Positions 1-11,041 are shown, counted from the stretch's first letter. The stretch is DNA of 64,000 bases from Hyphomicrobiaceae bacterium (GCA_041397645.1 JAWKWE010000008.1:28394-92393), one strand, 5' to 3'. Notes: generated from the letters alone by a model not told the origin. Numbers and translations: made by a program.

Positions 1-51
1 ATGACCATCACGGTTCCGGCAACATTGCTGGAATCCGGGAGCGTGCAATGA
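1..51 (+). CDS. 3' end of an upstream CDS entering the window (partial, product unknown)
   Basis: Frame 1 is open from base 1 to TGA at 49-51 and overlaps the next ATG as ATGA, the coupling pattern used throughout this operon. Too short to identify. Confidence 0.35.
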   Translation: MTITVPATLLESGSVQ

Positions 52-743
52 CGACTTCGCGACGCGCCACCAAGCGAAGTCCGAACCGGCAATTGCTCCG
101 CGAGCGTGAAATCGTGAACGCGGCACGTCTGGTCTTCGAGACGGCCGGGTATGACAACGCATCGATGGCCGAAATAGCTGCGCGCGTGGGAATCGTGGAG
201 GGTACCGTCTATCTGTACTTCGACAGCAAGAAAGACCTGATGCACCGCGTAATCGCGGAATGGTACGAAGGTCTGATTGCGTCGGTGTCCGAAGGTCTGA
301 CGCGGGTCGTTGGCGTTCGCGCGCGCCTTCGATTTTGTATCCTGAGGCACCTACGTGTCTACGTCGAAGATACCGGGCTCGCCAATCTCATGATCAGGGA
401 ATTACGGCGCGACAGGAAGTTCTATGAGACCGAGGTCTATTCCTTGAACAAGCGCTACGCTGCTTTTGTGACGGCGGAAATTCTCGACGGCATCAAGCAG
501 GGTGAATTCAGTCCGGATATTGTTCCGGAAATTGTGCGTGATCTGATATTCGGCGGCATCGAGCATTGCGCCTATCGGATCCTGTCGGGTCGCGGCGGCC
601 TGGATATCGATCTCGTCGCCGATCGCATTCTCGGTACGCTCTGGCCAGGCATCGCGGCGCAGAATGACGCGTCGTCAGCTTCGATCGAGCACCGCATTGC
701 CAGACTCGAGAAATTGGTCGTCGCTAGTGGCGAGGATTCATGA
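48..743 (+). CDS. TetR/AcrR family transcriptional regulator
   Basis: N-terminal HTH REIVNAARLVFETAGYDNASMAEIAARVGIVEGTVYLYFDSKKDL; 231 aa; ATGA overlap with the next gene. Confidence 0.93.
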   Translation: MTTSRRATKRSPNRQLLREREIVNAARLVFETAGYDNASMAEIAARVGIVEGTVYLYFDSKKDLMHRVIAEWYEGLIASVSEGLTRVVGVRARLRFCILRHLRVYVEDTGLANLMIRELRRDRKFYETEVYSLNKRYAAFVTAEILDGIKQGEFSPDIVPEIVRDLIFGGIEHCAYRILSGRGGLDIDLVADRILGTLWPGIAAQNDASSASIEHRIARLEKLVVASGEDS

Positions 744-2200
744 AGCACATCCTTGTCGCAAACCGGGGCGAGATCGCGCTGCGGGTTATTCGCACAGCCC
801 ATCGCTTGGGCATCAAGACCACCCTCGCGGCCCACGCCGTGGATCTCAAATCCATCGCTTCCCAAGCAGCCGGTCAGACGGCGCAGATCTTTGGCGATCC
901 CCCGGTTTCGGCGTATCTTGATATCCCCCAATTGACCAAGGTTGCGTTGGACTGCGGTTGCGACGCGGTTCATCCCGGTTATGGATTTCTCTCGGAAAAT
1001 GCAGAATTTGCCGCGCAAGTAGAGGCTGCGGGTCTTTGCTGGGTCGGACCATCACCCGATCTCATCGATCTGATGGGAGACAAGATACGCGCGCGCGAAT
1101 TCGCGCATCGGTGCGGTCTGCCATTGGTGCCGTTCGCCCTGGACTCCGGTCATAAGGAGTTTCGCGACGCAGTTCTTGCCTTGGGATTTCCCGTGCTTGT
1201 CAAGGCGGCGGCCGGAGGCGGCGGGAAGGGCATCAAGATTGTTCGCCAGGAAATCGATCTGGATCGAGCGATCGCCCAGGCGCGTAGCGAAGCGCTCAGG
1301 TGCTTTGGTGACGAAAGGATTTATGCAGAAAGGTTTGTCGAAAGACCGCGGCACATCGAAGTGCAGATTCTCGCCGATCAATTTGGCAAAGTCATCCATC
1401 TAGGCGAACGTGAATGCTCGATTCAGCGGCGCTTCCAGAAGATTATCGAGGAGACGCCGTCAGTTGCCATCGATACCGATCTGCGCTCAAAGATTTGCGG
1501 GGCGGCAGTCGCGCTGGCCAAGGCATCTCAATATCGAAATGCGGGTACAGTCGAGTTTATTCTCGGTCCGGATCACGAATTCTATTTTCTCGAAGTGAAT
1601 ACCAGATTGCAAGTCGAACATCCCGTAACGGAGCTGGTGACGGGGTTGGATTTAGTCGAATGGCAACTGCGAATCGCGTCCGGGGAAGCATTGCCATTCG
1701 AGCAATCTGATGTCGCCAGCAACGGGCACGCGATCGAATGTCGGATCAACGCTGAAGATGTTCTATCGGGCTTTGTTCCCAGTTCAGGAATACTGGCTCG
1801 CTACATTGAACCGCATGGGGAGGGAATTCGCGTCGATAGCGGAGTATGCGAACTAGATCGGCTAACTAGCTCGTTTGATCCGATGTTGGCGAAGCTGATC
1901 GTTTGGGGTCCCGACCGGGGATCCACCATCGCTCGAACTGAAGACGCGCTCGGCAACTTCTGCCTTCTCGGCCCGGAGACGAACATCGCCTATTTACGCG
2001 CGCTGCTCAAGCAGCCCGATTATGTTGCGGGGCATATCGACACCGGCTTTATCGATCGCCATCACGAAGAAATATTGCGGCGCATGCAGGTCGAGAGTCG
2101 GCTTGACGCGAGAGTGGCCGCCGCATTTATCGCACTGATGATTCCGGAAGCCCGCGTTTCGTATTCGAGCCTTAGCGAACTTGGAGCGTGGAAGAACTAA
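740..2200 (+). CDS. Biotin carboxylase subunit (BC domain only) of acyl-CoA carboxylase module 1
   Basis: ILVANRGEIA, HPGYGFLSEN, GGGGKG, ERECSIQRRFQK, FLEVNTRLQVEHPVTE and RVDSG motifs; ends before any biotinyl domain. Confidence 0.93.
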   Translation: MKHILVANRGEIALRVIRTAHRLGIKTTLAAHAVDLKSIASQAAGQTAQIFGDPPVSAYLDIPQLTKVALDCGCDAVHPGYGFLSENAEFAAQVEAAGLCWVGPSPDLIDLMGDKIRAREFAHRCGLPLVPFALDSGHKEFRDAVLALGFPVLVKAAAGGGGKGIKIVRQEIDLDRAIAQARSEALRCFGDERIYAERFVERPRHIEVQILADQFGKVIHLGERECSIQRRFQKIIEETPSVAIDTDLRSKICGAAVALAKASQYRNAGTVEFILGPDHEFYFLEVNTRLQVEHPVTELVTGLDLVEWQLRIASGEALPFEQSDVASNGHAIECRINAEDVLSGFVPSSGILARYIEPHGEGIRVDSGVCELDRLTSSFDPMLAKLIVWGPDRGSTIARTEDALGNFCLLGPETNIAYLRALLKQPDYVAGHIDTGFIDRHHEEILRRMQVESRLDARVAAAFIALMIPEARVSYSSLSELGAWKN

Positions 2201-2698
2201 ATGACTGCGGTGTTGAGGTCAGGTTCCGAGTTTCTGGCGGTCATGGCGGAAGCGTCCGGGCGAGTCATGGTCGGGCGCAGCGAGGTGCGGATTGAGAATT
2301 TCAGTCGCAACGGCGGAACGCTGGCGGGTACGCTCGGAGGAACGCGATGGAAAATCGAGGTGGCTCGGATTGGCGATCGGATCATTGCCTGGTCGAGCGG
2401 GCGGATCTGGCAGGCTGAGATTCAGCTCCTTCCGGTATCTGAAATCGACGCGGCGGGTGAACACTCGGGCCAGATCACGGCTCCCATGCCCGGCTCCATC
2501 GTCCAAGTTCATGTTTCGCCGTCCCAGCCTGTCGCCGCAGGGGACGTCATGGTCACGATCGAAAGTATGAAAATGGAGACGGCGCTGGTCGCGATACGCG
2601 ACGGGGTGGTCGCGTCCGTCCTCGTCGAAGCCGGAACAACAGTAGACCGCGGAGCCCTATTGGTATCGTTCATGAAGCAGGAGGAAGCGGCTTCATGA
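2201..2698 (+). CDS. Biotin carboxyl carrier subunit (BT-like linker plus biotinyl domain) of carboxylase module 1
   Basis: ITAPMPG and the biotinylation motif ESMKME; starts in the same frame directly after the TAA of the BC gene. Confidence 0.9.
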   Translation: MTAVLRSGSEFLAVMAEASGRVMVGRSEVRIENFSRNGGTLAGTLGGTRWKIEVARIGDRIIAWSSGRIWQAEIQLLPVSEIDAAGEHSGQITAPMPGSIVQVHVSPSQPVAAGDVMVTIESMKMETALVAIRDGVVASVLVEAGTTVDRGALLVSFMKQEEAAS

Positions 2699-4308
2699 TG
2701 CGGCGAATAGTGTCTCGTGTGAATACTCAGAGCACGGAGTTCAAGGCCAATCACGCAAGAATGTCTGGTCTCGTCCAGGCTCTACGCGAACAGCAGCGTG
2801 CCACACGGTTCGATCGTCCGAAACGCGATCTTGAACGCATAGGGCGCCAGAACAAGCTCTTTGTCCGTGAGCGGCTCGAGCTTCTCATCGATGCTGGCAG
2901 CCCATTTCTCGAATTGTCTTCTCTTGCGGCGTGCCGCAGTTATGACGGGGAAGCGCCGGGTGCCGGTCTGCTAACTGGCATCGGGCTTGTCAACGGCCGC
3001 CAGGTGATGGTCCACGCCTCCGACCCGAGCGTCAAGGGAGGTGCCTGGTATCCGCATTCGGTCAAGAAGATCATAAGGGCGCTCGACATCGCCTTGGAAA
3101 ATCATCTGCCCGTCGTACATCTTTGCGACAGCGCAGGCGGATATCTCCCGCTTCAGCATGAATTCTTCGCGGACCGTCAATATGGCGGACGTATTTTTCG
3201 TAACCAGGTCGAGTTGTCAAAGCGCGGCATTCCCCAGGTCGCCGTCGTGTTGGGCCACTGTACTGCGGGGGGTGCTTACGTTCCGGCGTTATCGGATTAC
3301 AACATTATTGTCCGCGGCAATGGGGGCATCTTCCTGGGCGGTCCGCCGCTCGTGAAGGCGGCAACGGGAGAAGTGGTGTCAGCGAACGACTTGGGCGGGT
3401 GCGACGTCCACACACGCATTTCAGGTACAGCTGACTATCCGGCGGCCAATGAGCAAGATGCCATTCATCTTGCCCGCGAGATTGTCGGCGAAGCTTTTCC
3501 TCCGGCCCAGCCATGGCTGGCGGATCGAATAGAGCCGGAACAACCGTTTTATGAGCCGGATGAACTCTACGGAATCATTCCGGCAGACCGTAAACGGTCA
3601 TTTGACGTTCGCGAAGTCATTGCGCGCATCGTCGATGGAAGCAGGTTTCACGAATATCAGCCGGCCCTCGGCACGACCCTGGTCTGTGGTTTCGCGCGAG
3701 TATTCGGATGGAAAATCGGCATCGTTGCGAACAACGGCGTTCTCTTCAGTGACAGTTCGCTCAAGGCGGCCCATTTCATCCAGCTATGCGACCGGGACAA
3801 GGTTCCGCTTCTCTTTCTGCAGAACATTACAGGATTCATGATCGGGCGGGAGTACGAAGCGCGCGGCATCACCAAAGACGGCGCCAAGATGATCACCGCG
3901 CAGGCAAGCGTGAGAGTGCCGAAGTTTACTGTGATGGTGGGGAGCTCGTTTGGTGCTGGTAACTACGGCATGTGCGGCAGGGCGTTCGATCCCAGATTTC
4001 TGTTCTCATGGCCGAACAGCCAGATCGGTGTGATGGGTGGCGACCAAGCTGCGAATACGTTGACAGATATCAAGCGAAGTCAGCTCGCGCGAAACGGGGG
4101 CGTCGCCGATGAAGACGAAATCGCGTCGATGCGTAATGCAATCCTGGAAGACTATGAACGGCATTCGGATGCCTATTGGTCGACGTCGGAGCTATGGGAC
4201 GACGGCTTGCTTGATCCGGCCGACACACGAAACGCATTAGCAGTCGCGATCGCCGCATCTTTGCATCGGCCTCTGGACCCTTTGGGATCTGGGATCCTGC
4301 GACTATGA
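2695..4308 (+). CDS. Carboxyltransferase (MCC-beta-like) subunit, module 1
   Basis: [48 protein letters not shown] and [10 protein letters not shown] motifs. Confidence 0.92.
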   Translation: MMRRIVSRVNTQSTEFKANHARMSGLVQALREQQRATRFDRPKRDLERIGRQNKLFVRERLELLIDAGSPFLELSSLAACRSYDGEAPGAGLLTGIGLVNGRQVMVHASDPSVKGGAWYPHSVKKIIRALDIALENHLPVVHLCDSAGGYLPLQHEFFADRQYGGRIFRNQVELSKRGIPQVAVVLGHCTAGGAYVPALSDYNIIVRGNGGIFLGGPPLVKAATGEVVSANDLGGCDVHTRISGTADYPAANEQDAIHLAREIVGEAFPPAQPWLADRIEPEQPFYEPDELYGIIPADRKRSFDVREVIARIVDGSRFHEYQPALGTTLVCGFARVFGWKIGIVANNGVLFSDSSLKAAHFIQLCDRDKVPLLFLQNITGFMIGREYEARGITKDGAKMITAQASVRVPKFTVMVGSSFGAGNYGMCGRAFDPRFLFSWPNSQIGVMGGDQAANTLTDIKRSQLARNGGVADEDEIASMRNAILEDYERHSDAYWSTSELWDDGLLDPADTRNALAVAIAASLHRPLDPLGSGILRL

Positions 4309-4333
4309 AGAAGGGTCTGTACGGAGAGAGCAC

Positions 4334-5503
4334 ATGAACTTGCTGAGCTATTCGCAGAGCGACTTGGTGGAGGAACTGCGCTCGACTGCCAGAGGGTTCT
4401 CCGATGGTGAGATCGCACCCCGCGTGGAGGAAATGGATCGCTCCGACAGGTTCCCTCGAGAACTCTGGCCCCAAATGGGAAAACTTGGATTGTTCGGCAT
4501 CACGGCGCCCATGGAATTTGGCGGGCTCGGTCTGGGATATCTCGCGCATGTCGTTGTTACCGAAGAGATCTCGCGCGGGTCGGGTGCGTTGGGCGTGAGC
4601 TATCTTGCTCACTCGAACCTTTGCATCAATCAGATTTCCCTGAATGGGACCACGGCACAGAAGGAGAAATATCTGCCGAAACTTATTTCGGGAGAGTGGG
4701 TAGGAGGGCTGGCGATGTCGGAGCCCGAGGCAGGATCTGACGTTGTCAGCATGCGCCTCGAGGCTACCCGCCGAGGTGACGGCTACGTGCTGAATGGCAC
4801 CAAGATGTGGATCACTAATGGGCCCGTCGCTGACCTCCTGGTGGTCTATGCCAAGACTGACCGGAAGGCGGGGAAGCGCGGTATCACCGCCTTTGTCGTC
4901 GAAAGGTCGGCAAGTGGCTTCAGCGTTGCGCAGACGCTGGATAAGCTTGGCAATCGAGGTTCTCCCACCGGGGAGCTGGTTTTCCAGGACTGCGTCGTTC
5001 CCGCAGAGAATGTGCTGGGAAAGGTCGGTGGTGGTGTCCGGGTCTTGATGAGTGGCCTCGACTACGAGCGGACCGTGGGCGCTGCGATCCCGCTCGGCAT
5101 TATGCAGGCGTCGATGGACGTAACGCTTCCGTATGTCCGTCAACGAAAGCAGTTTGGCGAGCCGATCGGCAGCTTTCAGCTGATGCAAGGAAAATTGGCC
5201 GACATGTACACGCGGTTATCGACGTCGAGGTCCTATCTCTACACGGTTGCGCGGGCACTCGATGACGGGATTCCTGGCAGTACGGCGAACCGCAAGGATG
5301 CCGCAACCGCCTATCTGGTATGTGCCGAGAACGGCATCTGGGTCGCGGATCAGGCGCTGCAAAGCTTCGGCGGCAACGGTTACATCAACAGCTGCCCGGC
5401 AGGACGATTGCTTCGTGATGCGAGATTGCACACGATCGGCGGTGGAACGGCCGAGATTCGTCGCTGGCTCATCGGTCGCGAGCTTTACCAAGAGTCGCAA
5501 TAG
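4334..5503 (+). CDS. Isovaleryl-CoA dehydrogenase-like acyl-CoA dehydrogenase (LiuA/IVD family, diverged)
   Basis: [42 protein letters not shown] and GGNGYIN motifs; the C-terminal loop reads LHTIGGGT rather than the canonical LYEIGAGT. Confidence 0.88.
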   Translation: MNLLSYSQSDLVEELRSTARGFSDGEIAPRVEEMDRSDRFPRELWPQMGKLGLFGITAPMEFGGLGLGYLAHVVVTEEISRGSGALGVSYLAHSNLCINQISLNGTTAQKEKYLPKLISGEWVGGLAMSEPEAGSDVVSMRLEATRRGDGYVLNGTKMWITNGPVADLLVVYAKTDRKAGKRGITAFVVERSASGFSVAQTLDKLGNRGSPTGELVFQDCVVPAENVLGKVGGGVRVLMSGLDYERTVGAAIPLGIMQASMDVTLPYVRQRKQFGEPIGSFQLMQGKLADMYTRLSTSRSYLYTVARALDDGIPGSTANRKDAATAYLVCAENGIWVADQALQSFGGNGYINSCPAGRLLRDARLHTIGGGTAEIRRWLIGRELYQESQ

Positions 5504-5530
5504 GACGTACTCCGAGAGAAGGTGGCAGCA

Positions 5531-7276
5531 ATGACCAATCAAGCGGAGCTACTCAGAAAACTGACGGAGGAAGGCGAGAGCGTTGTTGCGCGCTTGAGGA
5601 AGTGGGCCGCCGAAACACCCGACCGCCGATTCTTCTTTTATGGGGAAGACCGCACCGGTCTGAGCTTCCGGCAGTTCGACGAAGTGACGGATTGCGTTGC
5701 TGGAAATTTCGCGGCGAGGGGCATCAGGAAAGGCGATCGTGTTGCGATCTTGGCCCGGAATCAAAAGCTCTCTGTTTTGTCGATGTTTGCGATCTGGAAG
5801 GCAGGCGCGGTATTCTGTCCGATCAATTTCAATTACACGGGCGCGCTCCTTCATTCGCTCATTCTGGACCTTGAGCCATCTCTGCTTATTGCGGATGACG
5901 AAGCAAAGCCTGCGATTGATGAGGTCTTGCGGCTTGGTCGCGGCCTCGCAGATATCAAGCGAATTGTGATCGATTGTCCCGGACAGCTACGGTCCATTCC
6001 CAATCATGCGTCCGCCGAGGTGCCGGTTCTGGAAAGCTGGTCCGCATATCTGGAACCCTCGCAGGCTCCTCCAATCGACCTCGATTTCGATGATATCGCG
6101 AATATCATCTATACGTCAGGAACAACTGGACCTTCAAAGGGCGTGCTTCAGACTCATCGCTGGATCAACCAGATGACGTTCTTCTTGCGGAAGCTGCTCA
6201 CGCCCGATGATGTGATCTACAATGATCTACCACTTTATCACATCGGAGGCGCAATCTGTAATGTTGCACGTGCCGCATGGGTGGGCTGTGAGGTGGCGTG
6301 CTGGGACCGCTTCAGTGTGAGCGACTTCTGGGATCGCATCGAAACAAGTTCTGCAAGCTGTGCGATCTTGCTCGATGTCATGATTCCCAGATTGATGAAA
6401 GCGCCAGCAAGCATTCGGGATCGCAACAACACCTTGAACAAGGTAAATCTTCAGCCGCTGCCGCTCAATCACAATGAAATCGCCCGGCGGTTTGGATTTG
6501 ATGTCGTCGCCACCGGGTTTGGCCAAACCGAAAGCGGAAATTCATTGGTCGCTTATATCCTTGAGACCGATGAGGAGACTGGAACACCGTCATCGATCCG
6601 GCGAGGCATGGGCCGAGAGGGGATCCGGCGCGTTATGGAGGCGTATGATGCAACCGTGGTTTCGGCATCCGAAGCCTCTTGGAAGGGTTTCATGGGACGC
6701 GAAACCATGTTCGTGGACGCGACGATTCTCGATGAACATGATCGAGAATGCAAACCGGGCGTGGCCGGCCAATTGGCGATCCGGCCCAAAGTACCGGGTT
6801 TACTGTTTTCCGGCTATCACAGGCGTCCCGAGGACTCCCTCAAATCGATGCGGAATTTCTGGTTCCATACCGGCGATGTGGCACGCAAGGAGCCTAGCGG
6901 CATCTTCACCTACATCGACCGGATGGCGGATCGAATCCGGGTGCGCGGCGAGAATATCTCCTCTTTCCAGATAGAGGATATCTTCAACCAGAATCCGTCG
7001 ATCAGCATTTGCGCTGCATTTCCCGTTCCTGCGCTAGAAGGCGATGAGGACGACGTGGTTGTTTTCGTTGTCCCCTCAAAGGACGTTCCCGACCTGGAGA
7101 AAGGTCTACGAGAATGGATCAAGACGGCGATGCCGAAATTCATGCAACCGAAATATATCCGTATTGTTGATGACATTCCGCGCACGCCGACGAACAAGAT
7201 CGAAAAATTCAAACTCAAGAGGATGTTCCTCGAACAACGCGCCAATGGATTGTCGTCAGCAGGGAGCAAGGGATGA
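5531..7276 (+). CDS. ATP-dependent acyl-CoA ligase (CaiC-like AMP-binding enzyme)
   Basis: YTSGTTGPSKG P-loop, FGQTE, FHTGD, RIRVRGENISS and PRTPTNKIEK. ATG 5531 preferred over GTG 5522. Confidence 0.9.
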   Translation: MTNQAELLRKLTEEGESVVARLRKWAAETPDRRFFFYGEDRTGLSFRQFDEVTDCVAGNFAARGIRKGDRVAILARNQKLSVLSMFAIWKAGAVFCPINFNYTGALLHSLILDLEPSLLIADDEAKPAIDEVLRLGRGLADIKRIVIDCPGQLRSIPNHASAEVPVLESWSAYLEPSQAPPIDLDFDDIANIIYTSGTTGPSKGVLQTHRWINQMTFFLRKLLTPDDVIYNDLPLYHIGGAICNVARAAWVGCEVACWDRFSVSDFWDRIETSSASCAILLDVMIPRLMKAPASIRDRNNTLNKVNLQPLPLNHNEIARRFGFDVVATGFGQTESGNSLVAYILETDEETGTPSSIRRGMGREGIRRVMEAYDATVVSASEASWKGFMGRETMFVDATILDEHDRECKPGVAGQLAIRPKVPGLLFSGYHRRPEDSLKSMRNFWFHTGDVARKEPSGIFTYIDRMADRIRVRGENISSFQIEDIFNQNPSISICAAFPVPALEGDEDDVVVFVVPSKDVPDLEKGLREWIKTAMPKFMQPKYIRIVDDIPRTPTNKIEKFKLKRMFLEQRANGLSSAGSKG

Positions 7277-8442
7277 GGCCGGCGTTTGATGAGGCGGAGG
7301 AGCTGTCGCTGCTGCGTGGCACCCTGCGCCGTTTTGTAAATGACCGCATGTTGAGGCCTGAAGCAGCGCGATGGGATGCAGAATCGATCTTTCCCGTCGA
7401 GGTGTTTCGCGAACTTGCAGCGCTTGGAGTGTTCGGCCTAACGATTCCGGAGGAATATGGCGGGGCTGGACGAAACATTCCGGCCACGATGGTCGTAATC
7501 GAGGAATTGTCGCGACGCAGCATCGCGATGTCGATACCTTACGTACTCGCTGCCTGCTATGGCGGCATGAACATCCTCGAGTGCGGGAGTGAAGACCAGA
7601 AGCGCACATTGCTTCCAAAATGCGCTACCGGCGAATTGATGCTCGCGTTCGGTGTAACTGAACCGGATGTTGGTGGTGACGTAGCCAGCGTCAAGACCAC
7701 TGCCAGGCGCACTGGTGACGTGATCAAGGTCAATGGAACAAAGCGGTATATCACCGGGGCCAATATCGCAGACTACATCTATACCCTAGTCCGGTCCGAC
7801 GAGACCTTGCCAAGATACAAAAATCTTTCAATCCTGCTGATCCCGAGAACCGCGAAGGGAGTCGAGATCCGCAAGCTGGACATGCTCGGGCTACGAAGCG
7901 GCGCCTGGACCACCGAAATCATCTTAGACGACGTCGAGGTGTCGGCCCAGGACATCGTGGGTGGAGAGCCGGGCTGGAACAAGGGCTGGTCGTACATCGC
8001 TGGACCTGGCCTCGATGTCGAGAAGCTCGAAGTTGGCGCGATCGCTCTGGGAATCGCCGAGGCGGCTGTCGACGACGCCTGGGAATATGCTGAGACGCGC
8101 AAGCAATTCGGAAAGCCCATCAGCAACTATCAAAACATCCGGCATATGCTTGCCGATGCCAGAACGGACCTGCACGCGTGCCGATTGATGCTGTACAGCG
8201 CGGCAGGTCTGGCGCAGGCCGGACGCCCTTGCGGAATCGAGAGCTCCATGGCGAAGCTGTTCATCTGCGAGCGGGCAAAACAGGTCGTTCTTAACTGCCA
8301 ACTGATCTTCGGCGCATATGGATGCGACCTTGATTTGGATATGCAGCGGTACGTGCGGGACATCCTTATTCTTCCGATCGCTGGCGGGTCGTCGGCCATT
8401 CAACGAAATAACCTAGCAAACAGAATGCGCCTTCGTCTCTAG
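7273..8442 (+). CDS. Acyl-CoA dehydrogenase
   Basis: TIPEEYGG, VTEPDVGGD, NGTKRYIT, RKQFGKPI and GGSSAIQRN motifs. Confidence 0.92.
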   Translation: MRPAFDEAEELSLLRGTLRRFVNDRMLRPEAARWDAESIFPVEVFRELAALGVFGLTIPEEYGGAGRNIPATMVVIEELSRRSIAMSIPYVLAACYGGMNILECGSEDQKRTLLPKCATGELMLAFGVTEPDVGGDVASVKTTARRTGDVIKVNGTKRYITGANIADYIYTLVRSDETLPRYKNLSILLIPRTAKGVEIRKLDMLGLRSGAWTTEIILDDVEVSAQDIVGGEPGWNKGWSYIAGPGLDVEKLEVGAIALGIAEAAVDDAWEYAETRKQFGKPISNYQNIRHMLADARTDLHACRLMLYSAAGLAQAGRPCGIESSMAKLFICERAKQVVLNCQLIFGAYGCDLDLDMQRYVRDILILPIAGGSSAIQRNNLANRMRLRL

Positions 8443-8467
8443 CCAGACGAAGATTCGGAGAAGCAAA

Positions 8468-9349
8468 GTGAAGTATGGATCCGTATTCCGTCCGGGCCTT
8501 TTTGCTGACCATCACTTCGTGATAACCGGCGGCGGCAGCGGGATCGGCCGTTGTACCGCGCACGAACTCGCCTCCTTGGGAGCGCACGTCGCCTTGGTAG
8601 GTCGTGATCCTGATCGGTTGATAGCCGTGGCCGCAGAGATCGAATCGACCGGAGCCATAGCCCCGACCACTCATGTCTGCGATATCCGCGACGAGGAAGC
8701 GTCAAAAAGAACGATTGCGGCAATTCTGATCCAACACGGCCAGATCGATGGTCTCGTGAACAATGCGGGCGGGCAGTTTCCCTCACCATTGAGGGATATA
8801 ACTCGGAAGGGTTGGGACGCCGTCATTGCCAACAACCTGACCGGCGGCTTCTTGATGGCGCGGGAGTGCTTCACACAGTGGATGGAGGCAAACGGCGGCT
8901 CCATCGTCAATATGATCGCGGACATGTGGTGGTCGATGCCCGGAATGGGACATTCCGGAGCCGCGCGGGCGGGAATGCTGAATTTCACGATGACTGCTGC
9001 CGTGGAATGGGCCGCCGCTGGCGTGCGGGTCAACGCTGTCGCGCCTGGTGCAATCGCGTCGTCAGGGCTGGATACCTATTCGGAGCCAATGAAGGCTCGG
9101 CTGCAGGAGTACTGGCGGCATATCCCGGCAAAGCGACTTGGAACGGAGGCCGAGTGCTCCGCGGCGATTGTCTTTCTGCTTTCGCCGGCAGCTGCTTTCA
9201 TCAGCGGCAGCTGTTTGCGTATCGATGGCGCTCAGCCGAACGGCAAGAGTATCTGGCCCATGCCGGACCACAAGAAGTCAAGGCCGTTCCGCGGCTTTCC
9301 GTTAGAACGTGCTCCGGCATATCTGGAGCCGCGTGAGCCTAAGGAATAA
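8468..9349 (+). CDS. SDR oxidoreductase, AtuB-like / enoyl- or dienoyl-CoA reductase clade
   Basis: GTG start after GGAG; SVFRPGLF, TGGGSGIG, NNAGGQF and PGMGHSGAARAG (no YxxxK), closely resembling Pseudomonas AtuB. Confidence 0.88.
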   Translation: MKYGSVFRPGLFADHHFVITGGGSGIGRCTAHELASLGAHVALVGRDPDRLIAVAAEIESTGAIAPTTHVCDIRDEEASKRTIAAILIQHGQIDGLVNNAGGQFPSPLRDITRKGWDAVIANNLTGGFLMARECFTQWMEANGGSIVNMIADMWWSMPGMGHSGAARAGMLNFTMTAAVEWAAAGVRVNAVAPGAIASSGLDTYSEPMKARLQEYWRHIPAKRLGTEAECSAAIVFLLSPAAAFISGSCLRIDGAQPNGKSIWPMPDHKKSRPFRGFPLERAPAYLEPREPKE

Positions 9350-9415
9350 CCATGCCACAGGGTGGCGTCGCGGCGCGTGACCATTGAAGGGGGAATGCCT
9401 GCATAAGGAGTGACT

Positions 9416-11041
9416 ATGCTGGGTCTCATGCAAGACAAACCGCTTCTGATAAGCGATATCATCACATATGCCGAGACTTATCATCCGCTGCGGGAGGTCA
9501 TATGGCGGACAGCATCGGGATCGATCAGCCATTCGAATTATTCGACGGTCGCGGGGCGCGCAAAAAAGCTCGCCAATGCGTTGCGAGCGTATGGAATCAA
9601 GACTGGCGATCGCGTCGCCACGCTTGCCACCAATTCCACGTGCCACCTTGAACTCTACTATGGAGTATCTGGCATCGGCGCGATTTTGCACACTGTCAAT
9701 CCGCGCCTGTATGATGAGCAGCTTATATACATCATCAATCACGCCGAAGACCGGATGCTTTTCGTGGATCCGGAATTGATTCCCATTTTGCTTCGGTTGA
9801 GAGAACAACTCCCGAGGCTGGAGCGAATCTTCGTTCTTGGAGATGTTGACAGGTCTGCTGTCGAGAATTTGGAGCTGGAAAGCTACGACGACTTTATTGA
9901 GCCGCATCCTGCAGCGATTGCCTGGCCGAGCTTCGACGAGAGGACCGCATCGTCACTTTGCTATACGTCCGGCACGACTGGGAACCCGAAAGGCGTTCTA
10001 TACTCCCATCGTTCGACCGTGCTGCACGCCATGAATGCCGCCCACACCAACGCGTATGGGATTTCAGTCCATGACGTCGCGATGCCGTTGACGCCGATGT
10101 TTCACGTCAACGCCGGTGGCCTTCCCTATATTGCTCCGCTATGCGGTGCGGCTTTGGTTCTCGTTGGGCCAAAAATTGATGGTGAGATCATGCAGTCTCT
10201 TATTGAATCGGAAAGGGTGAGTTTCACCACGGGCGTACCGACAATGGTCACGATGCTGATGGAGTATCTAGATCGCAGCGGAAAGCGTATTGATAGTCTG
10301 AAGCGTGCTGTGATTGGCGGCTCCTCCGTGCCCGCGGCGATGCTCGACCGCATGCGAACCCAATACGGCTGCAAGATCATGCAGCTCTGGGGAATGACGG
10401 AGACGAGCCCCGTTGGCGCGCTTTGCACAGAAACGCCGGCTGTGTCGGTCCTGCCGGAAGCGGCGCGAAGAGAAATCATGTTAAAGGCCGGGCGCGTGTT
10501 GTTTGGAATGGAGGTAAAGCTGGTAGGCGATGAAAGCTTGACCGCTTCTTCAGAACGAAGCCGGCAGGGTGCATTGTGGGTGCGTGGTCCTTGGACGGCG
10601 AAGGCGTATTTCAAGCAGGAGGATCCGCCAATATTGGACAAGGATGGCTGGTTTCCCACGGGCGACGTAGCTGCGCTGGACGAGTACGGTTTCCTTCAGA
10701 TTCTGGATCGCACAAAAGACGTCATAAAATCTGGAGGAGAGTGGATTTCGTCGATCGATATCGAGAACATGGTGTGCGGGCATCCCGAAGTCCGTCAGGC
10801 CGCTGTCATCGGCGTGCACCATCCAAAATGGGAGGAGCGGCCCCTGCTGATCATTGTTCCCGTGCCAGGTTCTTCGCCGACAAAGGAGGGCTTGCTCGAC
10901 TATCTAAGGCCGAGAATCGCAAGTTGGTGGATGCCGGATGATGTCGTGTTCATTGACGAGATGCCGATGACCGCGACTGGGAAAATTCGGAAGACTTCAC
11001 TACGCGAGAAATTTGAGAGCCGCCTAATGCCAGAAACCTAG
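9416..11041 (+). CDS. Medium/long-chain fatty acyl-CoA ligase (AlkK/DmdB-like)
   Basis: AAGGAG RBS; MLGLMQDKPLLIS N-terminus, YTSGTTGNPKGVLYSHRSTVLH, WGMTETSP, WFPTGD and KSGGEWISS. Confidence 0.92.
   Translation: MLGLMQDKPLLISDIITYAETYHPLREVIWRTASGSISHSNYSTVAGRAKKLANALRAYGIKTGDRVATLATNSTCHLELYYGVSGIGAILHTVNPRLYDEQLIYIINHAEDRMLFVDPELIPILLRLREQLPRLERIFVLGDVDRSAVENLELESYDDFIEPHPAAIAWPSFDERTASSLCYTSGTTGNPKGVLYSHRSTVLHAMNAAHTNAYGISVHDVAMPLTPMFHVNAGGLPYIAPLCGAALVLVGPKIDGEIMQSLIESERVSFTTGVPTMVTMLMEYLDRSGKRIDSLKRAVIGGSSVPAAMLDRMRTQYGCKIMQLWGMTETSPVGALCTETPAVSVLPEAARREIMLKAGRVLFGMEVKLVGDESLTASSERSRQGALWVRGPWTAKAYFKQEDPPILDKDGWFPTGDVAALDEYGFLQILDRTKDVIKSGGEWISSIDIENMVCGHPEVRQAAVIGVHHPKWEERPLLIIVPVPGSSPTKEGLLDYLRPRIASWWMPDDVVFIDEMPMTATGKIRKTSLREKFESRLMPET

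Noticed and set aside
4070-5188. Long antisense ORFs (also 9302-9907, 13617-14621, 16642-17478, 21025-21999, 24436-25242, 26763-27650, 43868-44770, 56110-57324, 60557-61528)
   Set aside because: They lie opposite well-conserved genes, carry no family motifs, and are expected shadows of GC-rich codon usage.
9295-9306. GTTAGA half-site in the 8468 SDR gene
   Set aside because: Coding, and lacks the AAC-N4 left arm.
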